From: Amoebophrya sp. A120
Lineage: Eukaryota > Protista > Dinoflagellata
Reading direction: 5' to 3'
NCBI GenBank assembly: GCA_905178155.1
Contig: CAJINV010000001.1
Span: 915,643-979,642 of the forward strand
Length of the DNA: 64,000 nt
Below are positions 36,210 to 48,000 of this stretch, piece after piece (position 1 is the first letter of the stretch; each line of letters begins with the position of its first letter). Both the position numbers and the translations under genes were made by a program. The notes beneath the pieces are model-generated. The model was not told the DNA's origin. It saw only the letters and a program-made list of their open reading frames with translations, and did not search any database.

Positions 36210-38802
36210 TCAACGGGTGGACGTGAGCTTCTTGGTACTATATTGATGCATGGCAAACGAGGCGAAGGATGAGTTGGTGTTGTGCAGTCTCATAAAGGCT
36301 GGCGACTCCGACCGGTGCTCGTTTTCGGTGAGGACTTGCCGCGGACTTCCGCTCACCTCGGACGCAGCGTTGGACACTGCGAAGTCCGAACCGCTGGCGT
36401 TCATCTCCGCCGCTTCGTGCGCTTCTGCCGCAAACGAACCAGCATCGGACGCGCGTGCGCTATCCTCCTGGAAGTTCTTGGAACTGTCGCTGCCTTCGTC
36501 GAGAGCGTAGTCCATTCGGGCAGAGCCAGAGCCACGGAGCCCTCGTCCCACCGCCTTTTGTTCGTCTTCGCCGTAGTCAAACTCTTGGTTTTCATAGTGT
36601 TCGTAGTCGTGGTCTTCCTCTTCGTCCTGGTCGTAGTCGTAATTTTCATCATTTTCGGCTTGTTCTTCGTCATCATAGCCACGATCGTCCTCTTCGTGGT
36701 ACATCTCCCCGCCCGGTTGCTCCATTTGCTCTCCTTCTTCTCCACGTCCTCGACGCAAGTTCACTCCAGGCGCTTGCGAAGGAGAAAACGCCTGGTAATT
36801 ATCCGCCGCTGCTGGTGATGTGGCTGCGTACGCAGGAGATGACTGCGGGGGCCCACTCAAGAAGGTGACTTGTTCGGTAGCAGCACGGAGTGGCGACGCC
36901 TGCGTTCGCTGTTCTGCGCTGGCCACACCAGCAGCGGCCGCGGCTGCCGACCGTGGAGCCACTGGGACCGGTGAAGCAGCTGCGCTACCGGAGGCGGCAG
37001 GAGGACCGGCGGACGGAACAACAAGCGGTGGTCCTTGTTGTACCTCGTCCTCGTAATAGTCGTCGCTATCGCCTTCCTCCTCGTCGTACTATATCCTGCG
37101 GCAAAACATCCCCACCATAGATAGAGTTGTGTCACGCAGGTTTGCAATGACAGGAACATTTGCGACGCGCATCCCTGTGGTAGGGATTTTTCAATTTTGA
37201 TGTTTTGGGATTTGTAATGCTGTAATAAATTAGAATAAGCAGATGGATTTGTAATGCGGCTGTAGTATTTGCCAACCTGCAATACACTACGGACTGCAAC
37301 TTGTCATGCGTGACTCCAAAAAACTTCTCTGTTTGTCTTGCAAAGTCCCCCTCTTGACTCTGGGAAGATGGGGAGGATTTTGCTCAGGATATCGTAGTAC
37401 TCCTCTTCCTCGTCGTAGTACTCTTCCTCCTCGTCATACTCCCCGGCCTCTTCCCCGGCATAATCTAGCACATCTGCGCCCTCGCCCAGACCGGCCTTCA
37501 TTCCACCCACGGTCGCCAACTTCGCAGCATTGGCGGAAGTGGAGGAGCCTGCAGGTGCAGCAGCGACGCCCTCAGCGTCCGTACTCGGTGGTACTGCCAC
37601 AGCTACTTGTTCTGGTCCGCCTGTACTTGCGTTCGCGTCTGGACTTGAGCTCCGCATGTCAACGGCAACGTGTTGCTTTTTTTCCCGGCCCCTGCCGTTC
37701 GCCTCTCTTAGCGATACATCCTGGAGGTCGACCACCATGGGGATATTTCCGACGTCCTCAGTTCTTGTAGTGGTCGAAGCGAGGGGCACTAGGGACCGCC
37801 GCTCCTTGCGCGCGCCGCCCTGCAGATAGAAGCCGGGTTTGTGCTTGCGGGCGTGGATCCGTTGCGCCCGTCGCCGGCGCCTTTTGACGCGTTGCGCGTC
37901 CGCAACGGCTCGCTGGGCGTGCGCGGCGGCCACGTGCGCGTGGTGCAGCTGCTGCCGCCTCGAATAGCGTGCCGCCGGCCCCTATTGTGGGGAAAAATAC
38001 CTCCTCCCCATATCGAAAACGAAGTTTGTGTTCTTGCTGTATTTGAGTACAACACAAATCTCTTTGTATTGCTAGAAGGCCAAGAGACGCAGTTCCTCCC
38101 TCGTTTGTAGGCAATTTGTCATGCTGTTTCCCGTTTCCTGTTGCTTTCTGTCATGCTAAAGACGCTAGGCTTTCCTACAACTCCAGCTAGCACTAGCACT
38201 ACAATACGCATCTCTTCCCTTCTAGCATGACAAAATGGCTTGTGGTCGCAAATCATGCTACGCAAATCGCCCTTTGAGTATGGGGAGGGGGGATTTTTCA
38301 TTTTGATAGCCCCAGCTTTAGGGCCCCGCTACTAGTACCGCGGGAACTTGTTGTCGTCGGACGAGGCTGTAGTTCTAGCACCGAGGTCGTGATCTTTTTC
38401 GCAGGAGCACCTGCTCCGGTGTGCCGGTGCGTGGTCTCTCGCTGGTCGCGCAGAGCGGCGGCGAGAAGACCCTGGTCGACGGCGGCGAGCGTGTGCTGCT
38501 CCTGATCACCACCCAGCCGGTACAAGGCGAGGGACAGCACCGCAACGACTTATGCAATACAAATTTCCCCTGCACGTAGACCAGACGTACACGTACATCA
38601 CTAAAATGCAGCATGGCAATAAATTTCATCAATTTAGAGTGCAACACTGGTCGTGCTAAAAAGGATTGCAGGTTAGTGCTGTCATGCAGGAACAACATTT
38701 GTTTTTGTTGTACGGCCCGTACAGAAAATTTACTGTGGATACGAGTGTCGTGAAAACGCCAATGCCAACCCAGGCACAAATTTCGGCGGTCGAACCGTCC
38801 AT
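36210..38802 (-). CDS. Hypothetical N-terminally membrane-anchored protein with acidic D/E/Y-rich tracts
   Basis: Removing introners 38551, 37983 and 37092 gives one frame: MDGSTAEICAWVGIGVFTTLVAVLSLALYRL...KLGPAARYSRR...EEEYYD-DEEEGDSDDYYE... Confidence 0.65.
37092..37391. mobile_element. Introner family D-like (300 bp)
   Basis: TAT...ATA; colinear with 45126-45406; flanks TACTA/TCGTA. Confidence 0.8.
37983..38308. mobile_element. Introner family B (326 bp)
   Basis: TSD GCCCC; TIR related to 9780-10102. Confidence 0.88.
38551..38741. mobile_element. Introner, degenerate (191 bp)
   Basis: Flanks CGACT/CGAGT; TAT...ATA; removal completes the hydrophobic segment FTTLV-AVLSLAL. Confidence 0.7.
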
Positions 38803-38955
38803 ATCGGCTCCGAGAAGGGTAGTCGATGGTAGGTACCACGGGGGTATAGAAGATCGTGGACGGTGCGCCCAGTCGCGTCTCGATTGAAGACGACCCAGCG
38901 ACGAGAAGGCGGCGAGCGAAAACTTCTCTCGCTGTGGTTGGTTGGCGGCGCTGCA

Positions 38956-39175
38956 TTTGGAGGCGTTTGGATGTCTAAAAAATTTGTGTTGCATGAGCAG
39001 CAAAAGACTTCTGACTTTTGCTACGCGGAGAGGGCATTCGTCATGCGGAATAGGCATCAAGAATCCCTCAAAAAACCTGTGACGCTAGGGCATGCATCAC
39101 AGACATCATGGCTCATGCAAACCGTGCATGACAAGTCTCAGAATCTTCCAGACCCAGACACTTTTGCATTTGATA
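38956..39175. mobile_element. Introner family A, left end decayed or truncated
   Basis: Intact right TIR ttccagacccagacacttttgcatttgATA; internal gcatcaca/gcatgaca motifs; left limit approximate. Confidence 0.7.
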
Positions 39176-39655
39176 CTGACCTTTCTCCGGTAACAGCGGC
39201 GCTCGATCCAACACCACGAATCCGTGCTCGTGAAAGAAGCTCTTTTCGGCCTCGGTAAGCAGCAGAGGGCTTGCAACCATGATAGCGGGCGCTTTTTTAT
39301 TGTAGACAAATTGAAAGAATGACAATGATTGTCGCTGGGTATCGTGGTTTTATCTTCTTTTTGTCGTGGTCTTCAAAGGAAAGTGAAAGAACATGTTGCG
39401 GAAAATATCAAGTTGTTGTACTATCAACGCCGGTTGATAGAAACCAGAGTCAATGTTTTCATCTGCACGCGTTTATCTTCATGCTCAGCTCTACTCTACT
39501 CTACGCACGGAGTGGCTAGGTAGCACAATTCCTTGCTTCATCCTCTCTCTCTCTCTCTCTCTCTTCATTTTTCATCGTGTCGTACGTTCTACTTTCCTGT
39601 GTCAGGGAATTTTCGTGTCCATTCTTTTTGTTTTTTGCCTCGAACAATCGGGTGT
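39176..39655 (-). pseudogene. 5' partial duplicate of the PhyH-family gene (upstream region plus ~35 codons)
   Basis: Colinear and highly similar to 43718-44171 (LTEAEKSFFHEHGFVVLDRAPLLPEK); no downstream PhyH exons follow it. Confidence 0.8.
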
Positions 39656-39782
39656 TTGCATTTTCTCAACCCCAAGGTCATAGTGATTAAATCATAATCA
39701 TAAAAAATTGATTACTTTCTTCGTGGTTTGGAAGAATTTCCCGTCTCCCCCAGCAAGACCAGCCATCTTTTTGGCCGTCTTT

Positions 39783-40109
39783 TTAGTCGCCTCTCGTGGT
39801 CTGCACTTCCTTCCATTTTACACGCAGCCGCTGGCGCTCGGCTTCCTCTAGGTGTGGGATCTTCGCGAGGTTATCTGCAAAATTCTTCTCCCATTTTGCG
39901 AGACCTGATTCGTCGTACGGAGTAATGCAATTACCGCGCGTCTTCAACAGCGCATTGCTCGCAACGATGTTCTGCAGCTCCTCTGCAGATGTGCTTTGGG
40001 GGACGATGACTAGCTTCTCGACGTCCGCGAGACAATGCTTGCTGCAAATTGCGCCATCCGCCCAGAGTAGACCACCCTTTTCGAGAAGCCACTTGCCCTC
40101 TATTATCAA
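39783..40109 (-). CDS. Small hypothetical protein or exon
   Basis: 108-aa ORF with globular-looking composition; no recognised motif. Confidence 0.35.
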   Translation of the reverse strand: MIIEGKWLLEKGGLLWADGAICSKHCLADVEKLVIVPQSTSAEELQNIVASNALLKTRGNCITPYDESGLAKWEKNFADNLAKIPHLEEAERQRLRVKWKEVQTTRGD

Positions 40110-41183
40110 CTTCTCTGGTGTGGCGCTCGGGTGCCGCTTCGTGGCATTGTGGCAAGAAGGCGGCGATCGAAAACTTCTCTCGCTGTGGTTATGGCGGCGC
40201 AGCGAAAACTTCTCTCGCTCGGGGCTTGGCGGCGCTCGCGCTTGATGCCCCGAGTATGTATGTCTCTACGTTTTATTCTGCGCAGTTACGTCCTAGCAGC
40301 TTGCTTCAGCGGGCTTGAGGAACAAGAACAAATGTTGCACAAAGTAATTCCGTCGCGTTTTCACCGTGCGAGCGAGTGCAAGTCGACTTTTCATCTGCAG
40401 CGAGTTGCGACGCGATGCGATCGTCGTTCCCTGTCCCTCCCATAGCACCCATAGTAACGATAAAAATCGAGCCGATAGATACTTACGGTTACGATCGGAC
40501 CGTCACTCGGAAAAGTAGATAGATGCCTGCAATAAATGAGTACTTACAGCTCGATTTCTTTTTCTGTCCGACATCCACGATGCGAGAGCGAGCCGATTTC
40601 GATTGCGTAAACTGTACTATTTAATTTCTCAACAGGCAATGCAAGTACGCAGTCGAGGTAGTTTCTGGCAAAATTCTCAAAGCCAAATTCGAACTCGAAG
40701 TCGCCACTTCATCATTACGAAAACCAACGCAGCGCAAGCTTCTTAGACAAAAAACTACTTATTTGTCAGGCAAGCTTAAAAACTGCTCTCGTTCTGCCAT
40801 TGAATTCCTGAGGTTTAAACTTGTCTGCACTGGATTGCATTGTCAGATCATTACGAATACAATAGCAAAAAAGCCGCCACCGTCGCGGACTGCTCATATC
40901 TACTTACCTGAGGATAAAACTTTCACAGCAACAGCGGAGCTTGTTGCCGGAGCTGGTATACAATGTTTCCACAAGCTTGCAGCGGAGTTTGTAGCCGGAG
41001 CTTTTCACGAGCCGCTCCTTCGTTCCGCGCCAGCCGGGATATCGATATAGGTAGTACCATATCACAAGTAATGCGCACCGAACTCGTTGTTTCGCCCTGC
41101 GGATCATGGGCTCGGCGGGTGCAGCGAGCTCCTTCGGGCACTTCTTCTACTACCCCATATTAAAGCGCACCAGTTTAATATTC

Positions 41184-43822
41184 TCAACCCTCGCGTCGCC
41201 AGGTGGTGGGAAAGAATTCCTCGCGCAGCTCGTTTGAGTCTCGCAGCTTGTACCGTCCGTAGATGTAGGTGGGCTTGTCCACGAAGCGCACCGCCCCGTC
41301 GATCAAGTGCACCACCAGTGCGCGGCGGTGCCGGTCCGACTGATTTCCGCGGGACCCGTGCAATGTGTCCTGGTGGTGGATCGAGCAGCAACCCGCCGGC
41401 ACCTATACATTGCAAATATGTCTGGGTCTGGACGGGTCGCGCAGCTTGTCATGCAGAGTCCCGACCGCAAAAAAAATTGTCTTGCATGAACCCCAAAAGT
41501 TGCCCACTTTGGCTACGAAATAGCTCGATTTCTCACGCAGGGTAGGCATCAAGAAGGTCTCGCAAAATCTGTGATGCTTCTGTGTGCATTCCAGACCATT
41601 GTCCTGGTCCACGATTTGCATGACAAATCTCGCAATCTTTCAGACCCAGACATATTTGCAAATGATAGCACGCGGGGACGGACAATCTCCAGAAGGCGGG
41701 ACGACTCGACGAGCCGGCCCTCCGCTATGACCTGCTCAAACGTTACAATCTCAAACGTTACAATAGAATCTGAGATTTGTCTTGCATGATGAGCATGACA
41801 GACTCGCAAAGTGTTCCACTTTTTGCAGTACACATTTCGCCTGATTGTAGTGGGGTTTGGTGCTCCGGAACCTGTCACGCGCAATCCTATGAGAATTGGC
41901 TAGATCATGCAGTCTTGCATCACAGATGTCCATATTCTATTGTATCGGTTGAGATTGTAACACCTGAGCGGGTTATATCCGCGGCGAGCTCCACCCGCAC
42001 CTGCTCCAGCCGCTGCTCCGTGAGCCGGAAGTGCTGGTCCGCCGCTCCGTGGAAGTCGGTGGACGTACGCAGCCGCTCCCGGACCGCAGGTTTGTGCGAG
42101 CCGTATTCCACGAAAAAAGTGTTACAGTTACACATTTGTAGTGAATTCAGCAACACAAATTTCTCTGCATTATGCAGAAATCCTACGGGAAAACACCTAT
42201 GAAACGAGGCTCCTATGCATATCCGGCATGACAGAGCTTGTCTGTCTTGCTTGGCCTGCAACACACTGTGTAACTGTGACACTTCTTTCTTGCGATAAGC
42301 CGGCGACGAACTCCAGTACGCCGTTCTCCTCGTCTATCCCAGAGAAAAAAGCTGGCAGGGCATATCTGTAATGCAAAAATAAATGCGCAGACTTTTTCTT
42401 TTTTGCGTATCTATTTTTGCATTACAAATATGCCCTGCCAGCTTTTTTCTGTGTGATATCGTCCGCGTCATCGAGCGGGATCCAGACGGTAATGCTGTTG
42501 CTCCGCGCCCCTTTGCTGTCTTCCACAAACTGGGTGGATATGTAGTCCGAATCCACATGGTAGCCAGAGTATGGAACAACGCTTAGTAAGTACTTCTGCC
42601 TCTGCGCTGCTATGCGGCTGCTCGTGCCCTTGATGTTTTCTTTGAATTGTGAAAATCATTTTTGTATCTCCGAGTTCAATTCTAATTCTATCCTGTTAAG
42701 TAGGGACAGCGTCAGTTATACGGTGCCGCAGATTCACTTTCGGCCGCCAACACGCGTATCACAGGAACTACGGCGAATAAAAGACACGAGCTTTGTTGTC
42801 TTTTGAACTGTAGTGAGCAAAGCTAGTTCGCCCTCACGCGGCAGCGTTTGAGATGTATTGATCTCCTCGTTCTCCCATCCATGTTTTTTAGCACGATATT
42901 TTCATTGCATCATTTTGATCGACGCATACTCTTGCCAACTTGATTGAGCAAGGAACAAGCTCAGGCTGGCGATCGTTTGCTTTGCCAGCGACTTTAAGCA
43001 TGCATAGAGCCCACGTTCTCGTACATAACACAAGCACGCAGGAGAAAGACGCGTTCAGCACATCATGCCTGATTTCATCTTGGAAAACAACACCACACTA
43101 CAACCACAAAGAGCAGCAGGTCGTAAAATTTTTACTTCTACCTCTAGCTCTAGCGCTGTTGTACTAACTTCTAAACATGCCTTTCATAGTACCGTATCAA
43201 ATGTAAAAATGTCTGGGTCTGGAAAAGTGTAGACTTGTCATGCAGATTTTCCATGACCCATGAGGTCTGGAATGCGGGACTTAGCATGACAGACTCTGCG
43301 AGGTTTGGGTTTCTGCCATGCCTATCCAACTTGGTCAAAAGTGTGCAGCTTTTGGCACTCATGCAACACAGATTTTCGCATGTTTCAGATTTACCATGAC
43401 AAGTTGGAATCTTCCACGCCCAGACATTTTTGCAATTCATATACCGCAGCAGCGCCGCACCGGGGCGGCTTCCACACCAAGTCATCCTGGCCCACTCGGG
43501 CGGTGTTCCAATGCGCGTACAGCTGCCCACCGAGCGCGCCCACCTCTTCCGCCAGAACCACGTCCCGGACCGTGTCGTTGGACTTCCACGCGTTGCAAAT
43601 TTCCCGGGTGGCGTCGGGCCGCGAAATGCCCTCCCGCCAGTGCCACTCGTCGGGGTAGAGCCCAGTGTCAAAGTCGCCCCGAAAACACGCGGCCATGGCG
43701 GTCTGCAAAGCTTCGATCTGAGCTTTCTCCGGTAACAGCGGCGCTCGATCCAACACCACGAATCCGTGCTCGTGAAAGAAGCTCTTTTCGGCCTCGGTAA
43801 GATGCAGAGAGCTTACAACCAT
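41184..43822 (-). CDS. Phytanoyl-CoA dioxygenase (PhyH) family Fe(II)/2-oxoglutarate dioxygenase
   Basis: FFHEHGFVVL, QDDLVWKPP, GYHVDSDY (HxD), ITVWIPLDDADEENGVLEFVAGSHK, SIHHQDTLHGSRGNQSDRHRRALVVH; these motifs assemble only after introner removal; acceptor of the long intron near 42600-42700 not fixed. Confidence 0.9.
41404..41667. mobile_element. Introner family A (264 bp)
   Basis: Flanks GCACC/GCACG; removal gives RPRV-PAGCCSIHH. Confidence 0.9.
41726..41977. mobile_element. Introner, family G-related (252 bp)
   Basis: TSD TCCGC; ~44-bp TIR tat.acc.gctca..gttacaatctcaa.cg.tacaatagaat; removal gives ELAA-EGRLVES. Confidence 0.9.
42104..42297. mobile_element. Introner (194 bp, singleton TIR)
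   Basis: TSD AGCCG; TIR tat...gaaa.aagtgt.acagttacaca; removal gives FVAG-SHKP. Confidence 0.9.
42335..42458. mobile_element. Hairpin introner (124 bp, almost entirely palindromic)
   Basis: TSD TCGTC; ~55-bp stem; removal gives LDDAD-EENGVL. Confidence 0.92.
43195..43441. mobile_element. Introner family A (247 bp) at the donor site of a longer intron
   Basis: TSD TACCG; TIRs clear; simple removal runs into a stop codon. Confidence 0.88.
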
Positions 43823-44574
43823 GATTGCGGGCGCTTTTTTATTGACAAATTCAAAGAATGATTGTCGCTGGGATCGTTCGTGGTTTTATCTTCTTTTTGT
43901 CGTGGTCTTCAAAGGAAAGTGAAACATGGTGCAGAAAATATCAAGTTTTTGTATGAACGGTTGATAGAAACCAGAGTCAATGTTTTCATCTGCACGCGTT
44001 TATCTTCATGCTCAGCTCTACTCGACGCACTGAGTGGCTAGGTAGCGTAATTCCTTGTTTCGTCGTCTCTCTACTCTTCATTTATCGTGTCGTACGTTCT
44101 ACTTTCCTGCGCCAGGGAGTTTTCGTTTCCATTCTCTTTCGTAGCATCCAATGCCTCGAACAATTGGGTGTAGTTGCTCGGATAGCGTAGCAAAATTCGT
44201 GTCGCCAGTACCACTTCATACGACCTGTTCAGATTTCTCCCTTTTCTCAAGGAGAAGGAATAAAAGGTCTCGAGTTGGCTTGTTTTTCTTCTTCGTCTTT
44301 CGCGAGAAAAGATAAAACGTCTTCCATAGCAAGTTCTATTCCTTGTTGCTTGATGTTCGTCCGCTAATTATATCAACAATCTACCCAGTTGATAGGACAT
44401 CAAGCGGGGGCGGTGGCGCTAGTGTAGCGATCGCAGCATCGCAGCGCGCATCCTCTTCGATCTGCTGATCTCCTCATCTGTTTAGAAATAGTTAGACCTT
44501 TGGAGAAGACCTCTCTGCGACTACAGCGCCACGACCCCGGCTCGGTGACGAAAGTCTACCGGTGCGTATTTCAG

Positions 44575-44809
44575 TATGGCGTTCTCAAATGTTACATTCT
44601 CAACTGTTACATGAATTTGTAATGCAAGAACGGCGAAAGTGAAAGGGACAAGATTGCGCCTTTTGCATTACAGATTTGGCACAGATTTGCATGCTGTCTA
44701 GCCCTTCGGATATTTGTCATGCGAAACAGCTTAATCGTGGCGATCTTGGTGGTGAATTTGCATGACAAATCATGTAACAGTTGAGAATGTAACAGTTGAG
44801 AACGCCATA
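44575..44809. mobile_element. Introner family G (235 bp), outside coding sequence
   Basis: TSD TTCAG; TIR tatggcgttctcaa.tgttacattctcaactgttacatga. Confidence 0.9.
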
Positions 44810-45043
44810 TTCAGTTCATCAAGTCTATGTAATTCAGAAAGAAAGTGTAAAAACTTCTTCTTTCGTAGTCACTTCTCTTCATGAGAAGAATTTTCTGTAG
44901 TAAAGTTGTATATATAAAAGCGACGTTGTGTTTGTTTTCTGTTGGTATTGCACTAATTCATTGAATAAAACCGTAATGAAAAAAAGCTCGTGCATCAGGA
45001 GGCACAACAGCACGTCAAAATGGGGACAAGAAAATGATCTCCG

Positions 45044-48000
45044 CTATTTCTTTTTCTTCACGCTTGTTTTTTTCTTTGCCTTCTCGACTCCGCCCCCACC
45101 GTCGGTCCCACTCACCGCACTTTTCTATCCTGAGTAGAAGCGCACACACACACCAGAGTTGTAATGCAGATTTGCAAAGACAGGAAGACTTGTAATGCGC
45201 ATCCCCATGAGAGCCATTTCCAATCGTGTTTTGGAATTTGTGATGCTGTGAACAGCATGAGCAGATGAATCTGTGATGCGGCTGCACTTGCTAACCTGCA
45301 CTACACTGCAGAGCGCAACTTGTCATGCGTGACTCACAAAACTCCTAGGTTTGTGTTGCAAAATCCTCATCCTGACTCTGGTGTTGGTACGTTTTTACTC
45401 AGGATATTTTCGCTTTTTTCGTCTTTGCCGCCGACTTGTTGGTTTTCTTGGAGGCTGCTCCGGTGGTGCCAGGAGGTTCTTCCCCCTGTAGTACGTCTGC
45501 TGCGTCGCCGTGCACTGCCCCGGCTGCGCCCACATCCACCCCGTCCTGCTCGATCCTCGGCGTGGGCGGGTCGTGCACGGGCGTGCTGGAGGTTTTTATT
45601 TCCTTTTTCACCCCTTCCTCGTCGTCGGGCCCTAGTACTTTTTTCGTCCCGGCTTTGATATTTCCTCGTCCTCCGCTCGGACTACTGCTGCTGCTGCTGC
45701 CGCCTTGCTGCGCGCTGCCGACAGCCGCCGCACCTTCCGTGGAACAACCACCAACCTCGTCTAGCTCGCCCGCGGCAACCGCGTCGTCGCTGGTGGTGCC
45801 GCCGGCCCGCGCAGCACCGTCCTCGCCTCCACTGCTCTTGTTCGCCGCAGAGGAAGAGGCGGAGGGCTCCTGCGCGTCCACGTCTGCTGGCGGAAGTGCT
45901 GGCTCGTCAGCGTTACTGCTTTCCGCCTCTACTTCCATCGCGACGTCCTCGTCTCGTACAGGTTCCCCTGCAGGAGCTGCCCCACCCGGCGCCGGTGGCT
46001 CCATCTGCATGGTTTCCAGCTGCTTGAAGAGTGCCGTGCCCACCCCGTCCGGCCCGCGGCTCTCGTCGGCGTCCGCATCGTCGACGTCCATAGCATCATC
46101 CTCCTGCAGAAACCCACTGAAACCTCCGGGGGCTGAAGACAACTGTAGTTGGTGTCGCGGATGTCTGTAAGGTCTGGTTCTAAGTGGTGATACTTGTTCT
46201 ATCAAGAAGCCATTCTAGTGATTTCGAATAGAAAGTAAGGGAATGCTTTTTCAGTGTGTTCAGAACTCGTGCAAAAGAAGACAAATTCAGAAGTGGGAGT
46301 TCCTTCCAGGTCAAAATACTACGAGTGTTTACCGCTTCCTTGTTGCTGGTGGTGTTGTCCGCGTTCGATGTGGTGCCTTCCGGCAGCAGGTCTTCGTCCT
46401 TGAGCTCCGCTGGCCCGTCGTATGCATTGCAAATATGTCTGGGTCTGGAAATTTGTGATGCAAGAAAGAGTATAGTGAGCACACTGCAATGCGCAGCCCA
46501 GCATGACAAGTTTTCCCGTGGTTCTGAGTTGCGTACTCCGCATGAGAAACTGCATTTTTGCATGACAGGCAAGAGGAGCTCTTCGCGGCCACGCAATACA
46601 GATTTCAGAGTCATACCAGACCAGCATGCCAAATCTCGGAATCTTCCAGACCCAGACATTTTTGCAGGTGATACGTCGAAGAAGGTTTCCATTTCCTTGT
46701 CCACTTCTTCGTCGTTCAGCTTCAAATTGTTCGGCTTTTTCCCGGCGGCCGCCGCGGGGCCGCGGCGCAACGTACCGTCCGCTTCTTGCACGACGAAGTA
46801 CAGCACGCGACGCAGCCCCTTGAACCGCGCGGCCTGCGAGTACAGCGCGTCCGTCACGCGCGGGTGCCACTGGAACCTCTTCAACCCGTCCGGGTTCTCC
46901 CGCGCGTATGGGGTTCTCAAGCGTTACACTCTCAACTGTATACATGATTTGTCATGCAAAAACACTATCACCCTTCACACGATCCAGCCTTCTTCGCATC
47001 ACAAGTTCCCGACGCGGACGCGCTAGATAGCATTATAATCTGCTTCAAATCTGTAATGCAAAAGGCGCAACCTTTTCCCTTACACTTTTGCCATTTTTGC
47101 ATTACAAACTTCATGTAACAGTTGAGAATGTAACGCTTGAGAACGCCATAGCGCTGCCTCCGCGGTTAGCACCTTGGCCTCGGTGAGGATGACCCCGTCG
47201 GCGCCCGCGGAGCTCGCGGGCTCGTTCTGAATATCCGTCGGGTCCGTGTGCATCGTCTCAAAGAATTGCTCCTCGGCGCAACTGGGGTCCACGGCCAGCT
47301 CCAAAAACTGGTGAAAGGGGCGGACAAACTGGAACTTCATCAGCACGCTGGCCCACAGGGACTTCAAGTCCTCGTCTGTCACCAGGTCGTCGGTGACCTT
47401 CCCCAGTAGGTCGCGCAGCGCGTCCGCCGCGCCCTGGGCGCCGGGGCGAAAGATCTTCAGCGAAGACCGTGCGAGGAACCGCCACGCGTCGTTCCCCAGG
47501 TCGTTGTCGGCCAGGTCCGTCCCGTGCAACGACAGGTGCCACAACAGCTTGCCCAGTTGCACCGCGAGCGCGGGGAGTGTCGAGTCCGCCTGGGGGTAGA
47601 AGGTGTGGGTCAGCCCCAGGTTCTCAATCACCAAACGGCAGATTTGCATCATGTCCTGCGGGTTCTCCAAATCGGGCGGAAGTACGAACCCACCGTCTAC
47701 AACTGGGGGAGCAGCTGGTCGTCGTGTTTTTTCTTTTTTGGATGATGTACTTAGGCAAAAAAATTGCAAACAGGTAGAGTAACTGACACCAGGAACAAAC
47801 CCGACTGATGCCTGGCGCTTGTGCTTCGTGCTAAGTCTTTTACGTGTAAAAATATTCGATGAAGCTACGTACAGTTACTACATGCGCAAATTCTGAGAGC
47901 GAGCAGTTCGCTCAATGTATCTTCTACGCCCAAGTAAGGAGGCACTGAAGTTGTACCTTCCTCTCCGTTGCTCACCATGTTCACGTCACCAGCCTCGGAC

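Noticed and set aside
45436-47026. Long plus-strand ORFs (also 2630-3199, 10876-11526, 60484-61233)
   Set aside because: No recognisable motifs; mostly antisense shadows of GC-rich minus-strand exons.
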